49,274 bases of DNA from Polyangiales bacterium (GTDB lineage Bacteria; Myxococcota_A; Polyangia; Polyangiales; Houyiibacteriaceae): the NCBI GenBank assembly GCA_045106895.1, contig JBGCFM010000063.1, forward strand, positions 1 through 49,274. Direction: 5' to 3'. Under the pieces are notes generated by a model, which made no database searches, was not told the origin of the DNA, and saw nothing but the letters and a program-made list of their open reading frames with translations. This document shows positions 36,559-44,924 of the stretch, piece by piece. The position numbers and the translations under genes were made by a program. Position 1 is the first letter of the stretch. The number at the start of each line of letters is the position of its first letter.

Positions 36559-37721
36559 CGCTCACTCCTCAGCGCTAACCCCACGAAGGTCTGGTTGACG
36601 TGAACACCGCGCAGCTGCTCGCCATAGGTCGAAAAACCGACGACCTTCTGCGAAGCCATGAACCCACCGACCTCATCGGCGAGCCCCAGCGCTTCGAGTT
36701 CCAGGCGCCGCAGAATGCAGTCGCAACCGATGACAACATCGGGTTCGCCCAGGCTCGTCGCGCACTCGTCGAAGGAAGTCTGAAGGGACTCCATGACCCG
36801 TGATGGCTCCGCGAGACGTAGAACCAGACCCTTTTCGACCGCACAAAAGAAGCGCATCCCGCCACCGGGTTCGAGCTTCTGAATACTGCGGATGTAGTGT
36901 TCGTCACGAATCTGAAGCATCACGGGGTGCCTTGAAAACGTCTCCGGCCCTAGCTCCCCAATCGGAACGCCAACAATCTCCGCGTAGACCTCCGCAGCGG
37001 GTCGCCCGTTGATCTCGGTGACGAGTCGCTCGTCCGGACTGGCGGCGGTGATAACCATGCGCGTTTCCGTCGGACGGTGATGGCTTATCGAGAGCAGCTC
37101 GAACGGAACAGGCAGCGTGACGATGATGAGAACCGCGGTGTTGGTCCGGAAGCGTCCGTCGACCAACACATGTGTCTGGTCAAACTCCAGGTCGTCCCCA
37201 GCCGAACCGCCAATGATAGGAATCGTTGGGACAGCCGCCTGCAAGGACGCAGCAAGCTCCTCTTCCGCCATCGACAATCCGTCGGCCATCAGAAAGCCGA
37301 ACGTGTGGTGGTCCGTTGCGGAGTCGGCGCGAAAGTCCACGACGGACTCCGTCAAGTGCTTCATGTTGTCGTAGATTTTATCGAGGGGCTCGATGAGGAA
37401 GTGACAAACCTCTAACGTTCCGTGAAACGCAATGGCGGTCATGCCGCGGGGCTGGTAACCGAGGCGACTGAGCAAGCCCGACGAGGTACACCCGACGACC
37501 ACCGTGCCTGGAAATGCGAGCTCCAAAATCGGCCCCAGCTCATTCAGGTCGTAGGTGGGCGAGACAAAAATGAGCAACAGGTCTGGGTGCGTGAGGACAC
37601 GTTCTGCGATCTCCCGAACCGCCACCGAGCTGTCAGTCTGCGTGGTGGAGGCGGAGCAAACCTGGAACGGTACTTCACCGTCTCCGGCACGAGGAGTTCG
37701 GGTTGGGGCAACGGTGAGCAT
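36555..37721 (-). CDS. nosP: FIST-domain sensor, NosP-like
   Basis: FVSPTYDL, GCTSSG, DGLSMAEE, GGSAGDDL.F..THV, EINGRPAA, YIRSIQ, FFCAVEKG, GCDCILRRLE, GFSTYGEQ..HVNQT. Start uncertain (37721 or 37739). Confidence 0.88.
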   Translation of the reverse strand: MLTVAPTRTPRAGDGEVPFQVCSASTTQTDSSVAVREIAERVLTHPDLLLIFVSPTYDLNELGPILELAFPGTVVVGCTSSGLLSRLGYQPRGMTAIAFHGTLEVCHFLIEPLDKIYDNMKHLTESVVDFRADSATDHHTFGFLMADGLSMAEEELAASLQAAVPTIPIIGGSAGDDLEFDQTHVLVDGRFRTNTAVLIIVTLPVPFELLSISHHRPTETRMVITAASPDERLVTEINGRPAAEVYAEIVGVPIGELGPETFSRHPVMLQIRDEHYIRSIQKLEPGGGMRFFCAVEKGLVLRLAEPSRVMESLQTSFDECATSLGEPDVVIGCDCILRRLELEALGLADEVGGFMASQKVVGFSTYGEQLRGVHVNQTFVGLALRSER

Positions 37722-37939
37722 GCACCTTAGGAACGGCACTTCTCACGGTTTCTGAAACCAACTTATGGGAAGACGATGCGCATTCTCTCCACGGCTGGAC
37801 TGAAACACCAATACGAGACGAAAAGACGGGCCGTTGGCACGATCTGGAAGGTGCGCGTGCAACCTCACGGGGGTCTCAACGGGCGCAGCCGAAACCAGCC
37901 CATCTTGGTGAAGCGCGGTATGTCCGCTAGTATGCTCAC

Positions 37940-39337
37940 GTGAGACGACTGTGGCTTCTTGTGTTCCTCGCCGGCTGCGCATCCTCCGACCACGAGCTCG
38001 CCGTGGAGGTGCTTTCCGACCTGCAACCGGGCGTTGAAGTGGATCGCATCGAAGTACGACTCGACGACTTATCGGTCTTCGATGGTCTTCCCGCTCGACC
38101 GCTCACCGAAGGCGCACGCGTCGCTGACCTTGAAGTCAGCGCCGGGGACCACGTCATCGCCGGTCGCGCATTCTTCAATGGTGAGTTGATCGCCGAGCGT
38201 CGCGTACTCGTTCAGGTCCGCGAAGACCAAGGGCTCACCGTGGCGCTTACACGAAACTGTCGCGATGTGCGGTGCGCGGAAGCGGGGACGACGTGTTCAA
38301 ATGCCGTGTGTGTCGACCCTCAATGCTCGCCCGAGACGCCTCAGTTTTGTGAAGCCGCCGTTCAATGCGAACGAAGCACGGACTGCGACCCCGCCGGAGT
38401 GTGCGGAAACGTCGAATGCCTGCGCGGCAGCTGCCTGACCATCGACGATGGCCGGTGCGGGTCGGGGTTCTTCTGCGCAGGTGACGAAGGTTGCGTCGTG
38501 GCGCCCTTCGTTGTCGACGCAGGAATGTCCGACGCGTCCATGGGAATGGACGCTCGGCCGGAACCGGACGCTGGACCGGTCCCTCGAACCTGTCCGGAGC
38601 CCTGGGGAGCGCTTCCCGTCAGCTCAGCGGCGGTCGTCGGAGACGGGCGGGGTGGCGACTCCACGACGACGATCTCCGTCACCCCCGCCGACGCACTCCT
38701 CGCGCCTACGCTGACCATCGAGATGTGGGTACGCTTCATCGAGCCGGTGAGCACGATGTTTCTCATGGGGAGTTCGACCCGCGAAGACGGCGGGTTCTCC
38801 ATCCGCCCATCTGTGACGCCGACGGGTGACGCCCGAATCATGTACACCATGGACGGCTCTGGTTTCTTGTTCCAAGCGCCAGGCCTCACGGACGGCTGCT
38901 GGCATCACATCGCGCTGGTCCGCGACCTGGCCGCTGGAATCATCTTCTACATTCAGGACGGCAACCGCGAATTCCTGACCCTGACACCACGCGCCACGCC
39001 CCTCATGCCAGGCGAAGCGGGCCTTTTCGTCGGTCGGAACACCTTTGGCGACACGCCGCGCGCCCACGTCGCAATCCATCACCTTCGCTTTTGGAACACC
39101 GCCTTGAGTGATAGCGAACTGGACACCCTGCGCACCACGCAAGCTCCGCCTTCGGACCCGAGGTTGATCGACGAAATTCCGATGCAAACTGCGACCCCCT
39201 CTGGCGGCGTCGACCGCCTCGATTCTCGTGGCACCCTCGAAACGTTCTTCGGTTGGTACGCAGATGGCTTTCGTGGAAATGCCCCTGGCACGCTCATGAC
39301 TCTCGATGAACTGGACGTCCACGCCGCCAGGTTCTGA
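37940..39337 (+). CDS. Cys-rich lipoprotein with a LamG-like domain (paralogue 2)
   Basis: Lipobox LAGC; same motif series as 31853-33322. Confidence 0.87.
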   Translation: MRRLWLLVFLAGCASSDHELAVEVLSDLQPGVEVDRIEVRLDDLSVFDGLPARPLTEGARVADLEVSAGDHVIAGRAFFNGELIAERRVLVQVREDQGLTVALTRNCRDVRCAEAGTTCSNAVCVDPQCSPETPQFCEAAVQCERSTDCDPAGVCGNVECLRGSCLTIDDGRCGSGFFCAGDEGCVVAPFVVDAGMSDASMGMDARPEPDAGPVPRTCPEPWGALPVSSAAVVGDGRGGDSTTTISVTPADALLAPTLTIEMWVRFIEPVSTMFLMGSSTREDGGFSIRPSVTPTGDARIMYTMDGSGFLFQAPGLTDGCWHHIALVRDLAAGIIFYIQDGNREFLTLTPRATPLMPGEAGLFVGRNTFGDTPRAHVAIHHLRFWNTALSDSELDTLRTTQAPPSDPRLIDEIPMQTATPSGGVDRLDSRGTLETFFGWYADGFRGNAPGTLMTLDELDVHAARF

Positions 39338-39387
39338 GCGGGCAGGCGCCTTGGTGATGTAGAGAAGGGTACGATAGACTGGCCGTT

Positions 39388-40779
39388 GTGAATCGCCTCT
39401 GGCCACTTTTGTTCCTCGTGGCCTGTGGCCCCTCCAACTACGAGCTGGCGGTCGAGGTGGTCTCGGACCTTCATCCAGGGATCGAGTTGGATCGCATCGA
39501 GGTGCGCCTAGACGACGCCCTCGTGTTCGAAGGCATCCCGGAACGCCCCTTGGAGCTTGGTGCCCGCATCGCTGATCTGCAGGTCAGTGCGGGCGACCAC
39601 ATCGTCGAGGGGCGCGCGCTGTTGTCGGGGCAAGTAGTCACTGAGAGACGTGTTCTGATTCAAGTGCGGCAGGACCAGGCCCTCACTCTCCCACTCACAC
39701 GAAACTGCCGCGGAGTACGCTGTGGTGACACCAACACGACGTGCGCGAACGCGACCTGCGTCGACGCGCAGTGCTCTCCAGAGACACCTCAGTTCTGCGC
39801 GAGCGCCCAATGCACATCGGCCGCGTCGTGCGAAGCAGCGGGCAGCTGCGGCGCCACAGAGTGCCGCGGCGGCAGCTGCCTTCTCGTCGACGATGGGCGC
39901 TGCGGCGCAGGCTTCTTGTGCACGGGCGACAGTGTGTGTGTCGAGGCGCCTTCGCTTCTCGACGCTGGGTCCCCCGACGCTAGCGCTGGGTCCGACGCTG
40001 CAGTACCGGATGCCGGCGTTCCCGACGCGCTTGATGCGGGCCCCCGCATCTGCACCGAGTCGTGGGGAGAGCTCCCCGTCACCTCCGCGGCCGTCTTGGG
40101 CGGCCCCACGATGGAGGACGCCAACCTATCGGTGAGTCCCGCGAGCGTTCTTCATGCTCCCACCCTGACGATAGAGATGTGGGTCCGGATCCTTGCGCCG
40201 CGGACCATGTACCTCATGGGGAACGAGACCGGATCCGGCGGGCTCTCCATCCGCGTGTCCAATCCCGCCGGCAGAAGTCAGCTGACCTACGGTCTGGAGA
40301 ACTACGGATATGGCTTCAACGCCCCATCCCTCAACGACGGCTGCTGGCACCACATCGCGTTGGTGCGCAACTATCCCGCGGGGACGATTTCTTTGTACGC
40401 GGACGGTGCCAGTCTAGCGAACGCCATCGACATCCGCGAAACGCCGGTCGTCGAAGGCGAAGCAGGGCTCTACGTCGGCCGCGACTCCTCGAGCCGCTTG
40501 CCCAGCGCCGACTTTGCCATCCACCACCTCCGCTTTTGGAATACGGCGCTGAGCGACGCGGACCTCCAGGCGCTTCAAAGCGCCTCGCCTGCGCCGGGAG
40601 ACCCACGCCTCATCGCCGAGATACCGATGCAATCCACGCGCTCCGAAGGCGGCATCGACTATCTCGACGCCGAAGGCTCCGTGAGCGCGTTCTTGGGGTC
40701 CTGGGAAGAACCCATCGGCGCGGGTCCGGCGGTGCTCATGACCTTGGAGCAACTCGACGCGTACGCCGAGACTTTCTAG
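39388..40779 (+). CDS. Cys-rich lipoprotein with a LamG-like domain (paralogue 3)
   Basis: Lipobox LVAC; same motif series as the other two paralogues. Confidence 0.87.
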   Translation: MNRLWPLLFLVACGPSNYELAVEVVSDLHPGIELDRIEVRLDDALVFEGIPERPLELGARIADLQVSAGDHIVEGRALLSGQVVTERRVLIQVRQDQALTLPLTRNCRGVRCGDTNTTCANATCVDAQCSPETPQFCASAQCTSAASCEAAGSCGATECRGGSCLLVDDGRCGAGFLCTGDSVCVEAPSLLDAGSPDASAGSDAAVPDAGVPDALDAGPRICTESWGELPVTSAAVLGGPTMEDANLSVSPASVLHAPTLTIEMWVRILAPRTMYLMGNETGSGGLSIRVSNPAGRSQLTYGLENYGYGFNAPSLNDGCWHHIALVRNYPAGTISLYADGASLANAIDIRETPVVEGEAGLYVGRDSSSRLPSADFAIHHLRFWNTALSDADLQALQSASPAPGDPRLIAEIPMQSTRSEGGIDYLDAEGSVSAFLGSWEEPIGAGPAVLMTLEQLDAYAETF

Positions 40780-40901
40780 CGCGACGCATCCGCAGAGTGC
40801 GTGGGGTCTCAAGTTTGCTCCCCCAGGGTTCGGTGTCCGTCCTCGCACCATTGCGAGAAATCGTTCCCTGAACGCTCCACTTCTACTACAACGGAGCCCG
40901 C

Positions 40902-41861
40902 ATGGATGATGACCCAAAGCCGCCGCCAAGCTGGGCTTCTTTCATGTCGCCGGAACAGTTCGCGCTCTTCGACGAAACCCTGCAGGGCGTGGTCAGCGAA
41001 CTTGAGCACGAGTGGGACGAGCGCATCGCGACCCACCTTGAAGCTGGCTACGTCATGGTCGACGCCACGCACTACGGGCTCCGAAACATGGCCCAGTCAT
41101 GCCTGCACCACGGCAAACCTCAAGAGTGGGCCCGCGTCATCCGCGACCTCTTCGACCGAGCGAAGGCGACGGAATTGAGCACCGCTCAGTTCCGTGACTA
41201 CTCCACCCACGCGCCGCACCTGAAGCTTCGTCTCTACGCCCGCTCCGACATTCCTCCGGCGCAGCGAGAGCGCTTTGTGATGCGCCCCGCATCCTACACG
41301 GAGAACGACGCCGGGCAGCTCAACGAAGACCCAGAGGACCTCCTCGCGATCCTCGTGATCGACACGGAAAAGGCCGTCGTCAGTGTTGAGAACGCCTGGG
41401 CCGAGGCCTGGAAGAAAGAGCCGAACGAGCTCTTCACGTTGGCCCTCGCGAACATCGCACGGGAAGACACGCCCACCGTCGACGACTTTCACGCAGGTGA
41501 AGGCGTCAAGGTTCGAAGTCTCCTCTCCCAAAGCTTCTTTATTGCGAGCCACGCTTTGCATCTGAGTCGATTCGTCGACCCGAGCGAGTACGGCCTTATC
41601 GTCGCCCTTCCCCATCGGCATGTAATTCTCATCCACCGAATCGTCGATCATCACGTCGTGGACGCGATGGAGATCATGGCGCCCATCGCAATAGGCATGC
41701 ACGCGGAGGGCCCGGGCTCCATCTCTGACCAGCTCTTCTGGTGGCGAGATGGCCGCCTCCTGCGCCTCCCCTCATCCACGGACGAAAGCGGCCAGCGCAA
41801 ACTGCAACTCCCTGCGGCGTTTGTGTCCGGGGTCCTCTCCACCCTCATGCAAGAGACATGA
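40902..41861 (+). CDS. Cytoplasmic hypothetical protein
   Basis: GGAG SD; long ORF with good codon bias; GLIVALPHRH and GPGSISDQLFWWRDG look like conserved motifs. Confidence 0.7.
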   Translation: MDDDPKPPPSWASFMSPEQFALFDETLQGVVSELEHEWDERIATHLEAGYVMVDATHYGLRNMAQSCLHHGKPQEWARVIRDLFDRAKATELSTAQFRDYSTHAPHLKLRLYARSDIPPAQRERFVMRPASYTENDAGQLNEDPEDLLAILVIDTEKAVVSVENAWAEAWKKEPNELFTLALANIAREDTPTVDDFHAGEGVKVRSLLSQSFFIASHALHLSRFVDPSEYGLIVALPHRHVILIHRIVDHHVVDAMEIMAPIAIGMHAEGPGSISDQLFWWRDGRLLRLPSSTDESGQRKLQLPAAFVSGVLSTLMQET

Positions 41862-41865
41862 ATCT

Positions 41866-42417
41866 GTGAACCTGATTAACCCGCTCGATCCCGCCGAAAG
41901 CGTCCTCCTCCTCGTCGACATTCAAGAGCGCTTGCTTGGCGCGATGAGCGATGCCGCCGCGACGCGTGTTGTCAGGGTGGCCGAAACGCTCCTCATCGGT
42001 GCCGCCGCCCTCGAGGTGCCCGTGGTCATCAGCGAACAGTACCCAAAAGGGCTCGGCCCAACGGCGCCGTCCTTGCTGGCTCATTTCGACGGGCGCGCCG
42101 TCGCCAAGACTGTGTTTGATGCGTCCGAGGTGCCCGAGATTCAGAGCGCCCTCCAAGGCCGAAGACAGGTCATCGTCGCAGGCATGGAGGCCCACATCTG
42201 CGTTCATCAGACCGTGCGAGGTTTGAAGGCCCAGGGGTTCGAGGTCACCGTCGCGAGCGACGCGACCTGCTCCCGATCCGACGAGCACCAACGACTGGCC
42301 GAAGGCCTTTGGCGGGAGAGCGGAGCCAGCGTCAGCTGCGGCGAGGCCGTTCTTTTCGATTGGCTTGGGAAAGCCGGCGGCGACGCGTTCAAGATCATCA
42401 GCAAAGCGATTCGTTAG
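41866..42417 (+). CDS. Isochorismatase-family cysteine hydrolase
   Basis: LLLVDIQERL, EQYPKGLGPT, K..F, GMEAHICVHQT, DATCSR. Start GTG 41866. Confidence 0.9.
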   Translation: MNLINPLDPAESVLLLVDIQERLLGAMSDAAATRVVRVAETLLIGAAALEVPVVISEQYPKGLGPTAPSLLAHFDGRAVAKTVFDASEVPEIQSALQGRRQVIVAGMEAHICVHQTVRGLKAQGFEVTVASDATCSRSDEHQRLAEGLWRESGASVSCGEAVLFDWLGKAGGDAFKIISKAIR

Positions 42418-42445
42418 CCCGCCGCGTGGGACAACCGGCCCAACC

Positions 42446-42461
42446 TGGCCCGTTTGTTGCG
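42446..42461 (+). promoter_or_regulatory. Sigma54 promoter upstream of the NtrC-like regulator
   Basis: TGGCCCGTTTGTTGCG is one mismatch from TGGCACG-N4-TTGC. Confidence 0.75.
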
Positions 42462-42559
42462 TTGCATTATCCGCGAACCCCCGACGAAAGAGACTGGGCG
42501 TCTATCCTCGCCTTTGCACTCCTTTACCCACTTGGCCTCGCTGACAAAAAGTCACCCTC

Positions 42560-43918
42560 ATGACAGAACTTTCAACCACCGTTGTCATTGTTGACGACGA
42601 AGACTCCAACCTCGTCTCACTCCGCAAGATCTTCCTCAAGGAAGGCATGCGTCCTCTGACGGCGTCGAACGCCCAAGAAGCGTTGGAGCTCTGCCGAGCA
42701 CATCAAGTCCACGTCGTCCTCACAGACCTGATGATGCCAGGGATGACCGGGATGGATCTCATGCGCGCCCTCGCGACCGTCGCCCCGGATGCCGAGGTCG
42801 TCTTGATGACGGCCCACGGAACCATCGAGACGGCCGTCGAGGCGATGCGTGGAGGCGCGTATGACTTCGTCGAGAAGCCGCTGCGACGCCTCCAAATCGT
42901 CAAGTCGGTTCGAAAAGCCGCCGAACGGCACCGCCTCATCGCCGAGAACAAGACCCTCAAGAAGGAGCTATCGGCGCTTCGTAGCAACACCCGTGACCGG
43001 AGCATCGTTGGCTCTTCTTCTGCGCTTCGAAGCGCCATGGAGATCGCGGACCAAGCCGCGCCGTCCACGGCGACGGTGCTTGTCCTCGGCGAGAGCGGCA
43101 CGGGCAAAGAGCTCTTCGCGCGGCACATTCACGAGCGCAGTGGACGCTCTGGTCCTTTCACCGCTGTGAACCTTGCGGCGCTGCCCGAGACCATCGTCGA
43201 GTCGGAGCTCTTCGGCCACGAACGGGGCTCCTTCACCGGCGCCGTCAACAAGCGCGAGGGCCGCATCGCCCAGGCTGCGAACGGCACGCTCTTCCTTGAT
43301 GAGATTGGAGAACTCTCCCCGGCGGTGCAGGTCAAACTCCTTCGTGTTCTTCAAGAAGGCGAATACGAACCCCTCGGCGGAAAGACCCAGCAGGCGAGCT
43401 TTCGTCTCATCGCCGCGACGAATCGCGACCTCCAAGCCGCGGTGCAGGCCGGCGAGTTCCGCGAAGATCTGTACTACCGACTGCATGTCATCGCGGTGAC
43501 GAGCCCGCCGCTCCGGGACCGACGCGGCGATGTGCCGCTCCTCGCCGACCACTTCGTTGCGCATTATTGCGCCAAGAACAGCAAGAGCCCAATGGCCATC
43601 GATCGCGAGGCTCTCGAAAAGCTCACCGCCCATGACTGGCCGGGAAATGTGCGTGAGCTGGAGAACGCCATCGAACGCGCCGTCGTCCTCGCGAAAGGAG
43701 ACTCCATCACTCTGCGTGACCTCCCGATCTCCGTCGCGGAGGCGGAGCCCACCAGCGACACCCTCAGCTTTGAGCTCGGGACGCCGCTTGCGGAGATCGA
43801 GCGCAACGCCATTCGTCGGACCCTGGAACACACACGCGGCGACAAGCAGCTGGCGGCTCAGCTCCTCGGAATCAGCGCCCGCACCATCTACCGAAAAGTT
43901 GGGCCAGACGACAACTGA
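42560..43918 (+). CDS. NtrC/AtoC-family sigma54-dependent response regulator
   Basis: REC (VDDE, TDLMMP, MTAHG, EKP); GESGTGKE, ESELFGHERGSFTGA, FLDEIGE, WPGNVRELEN; Fis-type HTH. Confidence 0.96.
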   Translation: MTELSTTVVIVDDEDSNLVSLRKIFLKEGMRPLTASNAQEALELCRAHQVHVVLTDLMMPGMTGMDLMRALATVAPDAEVVLMTAHGTIETAVEAMRGGAYDFVEKPLRRLQIVKSVRKAAERHRLIAENKTLKKELSALRSNTRDRSIVGSSSALRSAMEIADQAAPSTATVLVLGESGTGKELFARHIHERSGRSGPFTAVNLAALPETIVESELFGHERGSFTGAVNKREGRIAQAANGTLFLDEIGELSPAVQVKLLRVLQEGEYEPLGGKTQQASFRLIAATNRDLQAAVQAGEFREDLYYRLHVIAVTSPPLRDRRGDVPLLADHFVAHYCAKNSKSPMAIDREALEKLTAHDWPGNVRELENAIERAVVLAKGDSITLRDLPISVAEAEPTSDTLSFELGTPLAEIERNAIRRTLEHTRGDKQLAAQLLGISARTIYRKVGPDDN

Positions 43919-43971
43919 GCGCGCGACTGAACGGCTTGCGCCAGCCCTTTCCTCGGAGAACGCTCCCGAGC

Positions 43972-44715
43972 GTGCTCGACAAACTCCAAGAGGCCGTCCG
44001 CTCCCGAGGGTTTGCCTTTGCCACGGGCGATGAGTTTCGTCCGCTCGTCGACGCCGGCGCTGCCGTCTCCCAGGCGGAGCGAGCTGCCTTCGCCCGGAGC
44101 TGGGCGACGATGCCCCCGGACCCCTACTTAGCTCGCAAAGGAATGGCGCGACGCCGGCGCCACGCGGTGTTCGAAGCCGAGGGCTCCGAGGTTCGCCCCA
44201 TGCCGCCGCGGCCGCATTATCAAACCATCGACTACAACCCGCTCCAGGGCGGGTTTCCACGCCACCTCGCAGCCATCGACGCGGAGGTCATTCAATCCCC
44301 CGCGCTCCGGCAGCTGATCGCCTTCGGTTCCGACTTCTTCGCCAGCGTTCGCCGCCGGCCTACCCGTTGGGACATCGAAGCCCATCAGTTCCGCATCGAG
44401 GCGAGCGATGGCGGAGAAGGACTCCCGACGCCCGAAGGTCGGCACCGCGATGGTGTCGACTTCGTGCTGGTCGTGCTCATGCAACGCGTGAACCTCAAGA
44501 GCGGCACAACGAGCACCCACAGCGACGACGGGGAAGAGCTCGGCGCCTTCACGCTCACCACCCCTTACGACGTCGCCCTCGTCGACGATCGCCGAGTGCT
44601 CCACGGAGTCACGCCGGTTTCCCGCCTAGACCCCAAGAACCCTGGATTTCGTGACGTTCTCGTCCTGACCTACCGTCAGCCGGCTCCCGCCACGGACGTG
44701 GCTCCAAAAACCTAG
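43972..44715 (+). CDS. 2OG-Fe(II) dioxygenase (BsmA-like family)
   Basis: RRRRHAVF, HYQTIDYNPLQGG..R, EAHQFRI, PTPEGRHRDG (HxD), HGVTP, RDVLVLTY. Start is GTG 43972 or TTG 43936. Confidence 0.85.
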   Translation: MLDKLQEAVRSRGFAFATGDEFRPLVDAGAAVSQAERAAFARSWATMPPDPYLARKGMARRRRHAVFEAEGSEVRPMPPRPHYQTIDYNPLQGGFPRHLAAIDAEVIQSPALRQLIAFGSDFFASVRRRPTRWDIEAHQFRIEASDGGEGLPTPEGRHRDGVDFVLVVLMQRVNLKSGTTSTHSDDGEELGAFTLTTPYDVALVDDRRVLHGVTPVSRLDPKNPGFRDVLVLTYRQPAPATDVAPKT

Positions 44716-44745
44716 GCAAAAACAACGATTCAGCCACAAGCGAAG

Positions 44746-44799
44746 TGACAACTTGTCAGCCGCCCTCCCACCAAGTGGAGACCCCTTGCCAAGGTGGCG
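44746..44799. promoter_or_regulatory. Candidate bEBP enhancer sites upstream of gspC
   Basis: Palindrome TGACA-ACT-TGTCA (44746-44758) and related TGCCA-AGG-TGGCG (44787-44799), 41 bp apart. Confidence 0.6.
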
Positions 44800-44898
44800 T
44801 ATTCGGCCTCGGCGTGGCTCTGGCCACCTTCCCGCCATCTGTCCAAAATCCCTACAATTCAGGCAGAAATCGGCTGGTCTTGCCGGATCAGACCGAGT

Positions 44899-44914
44899 AG
44901 GCACGGGCATTGCT
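44899..44914 (+). promoter_or_regulatory. Sigma54 promoter of the T2SS operon
   Basis: AGGCACGGGCATTGCT (GG-N10-GC with CACG and TTGC). Confidence 0.85.
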
Positions 44915-44924
44915 CTAACAAGGA

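Noticed and set aside
37834..37850. TTGGCACGATCTGGAAG as a sigma54 promoter
   Set aside because: Good -24 element but no GC at -12.
31853..40779. Diversity-generating retroelement or shufflon behind the paralogue variation
   Set aside because: No reverse transcriptase or recombinase, no near-identical template/variable repeat pair, and differences are not adenine-specific.
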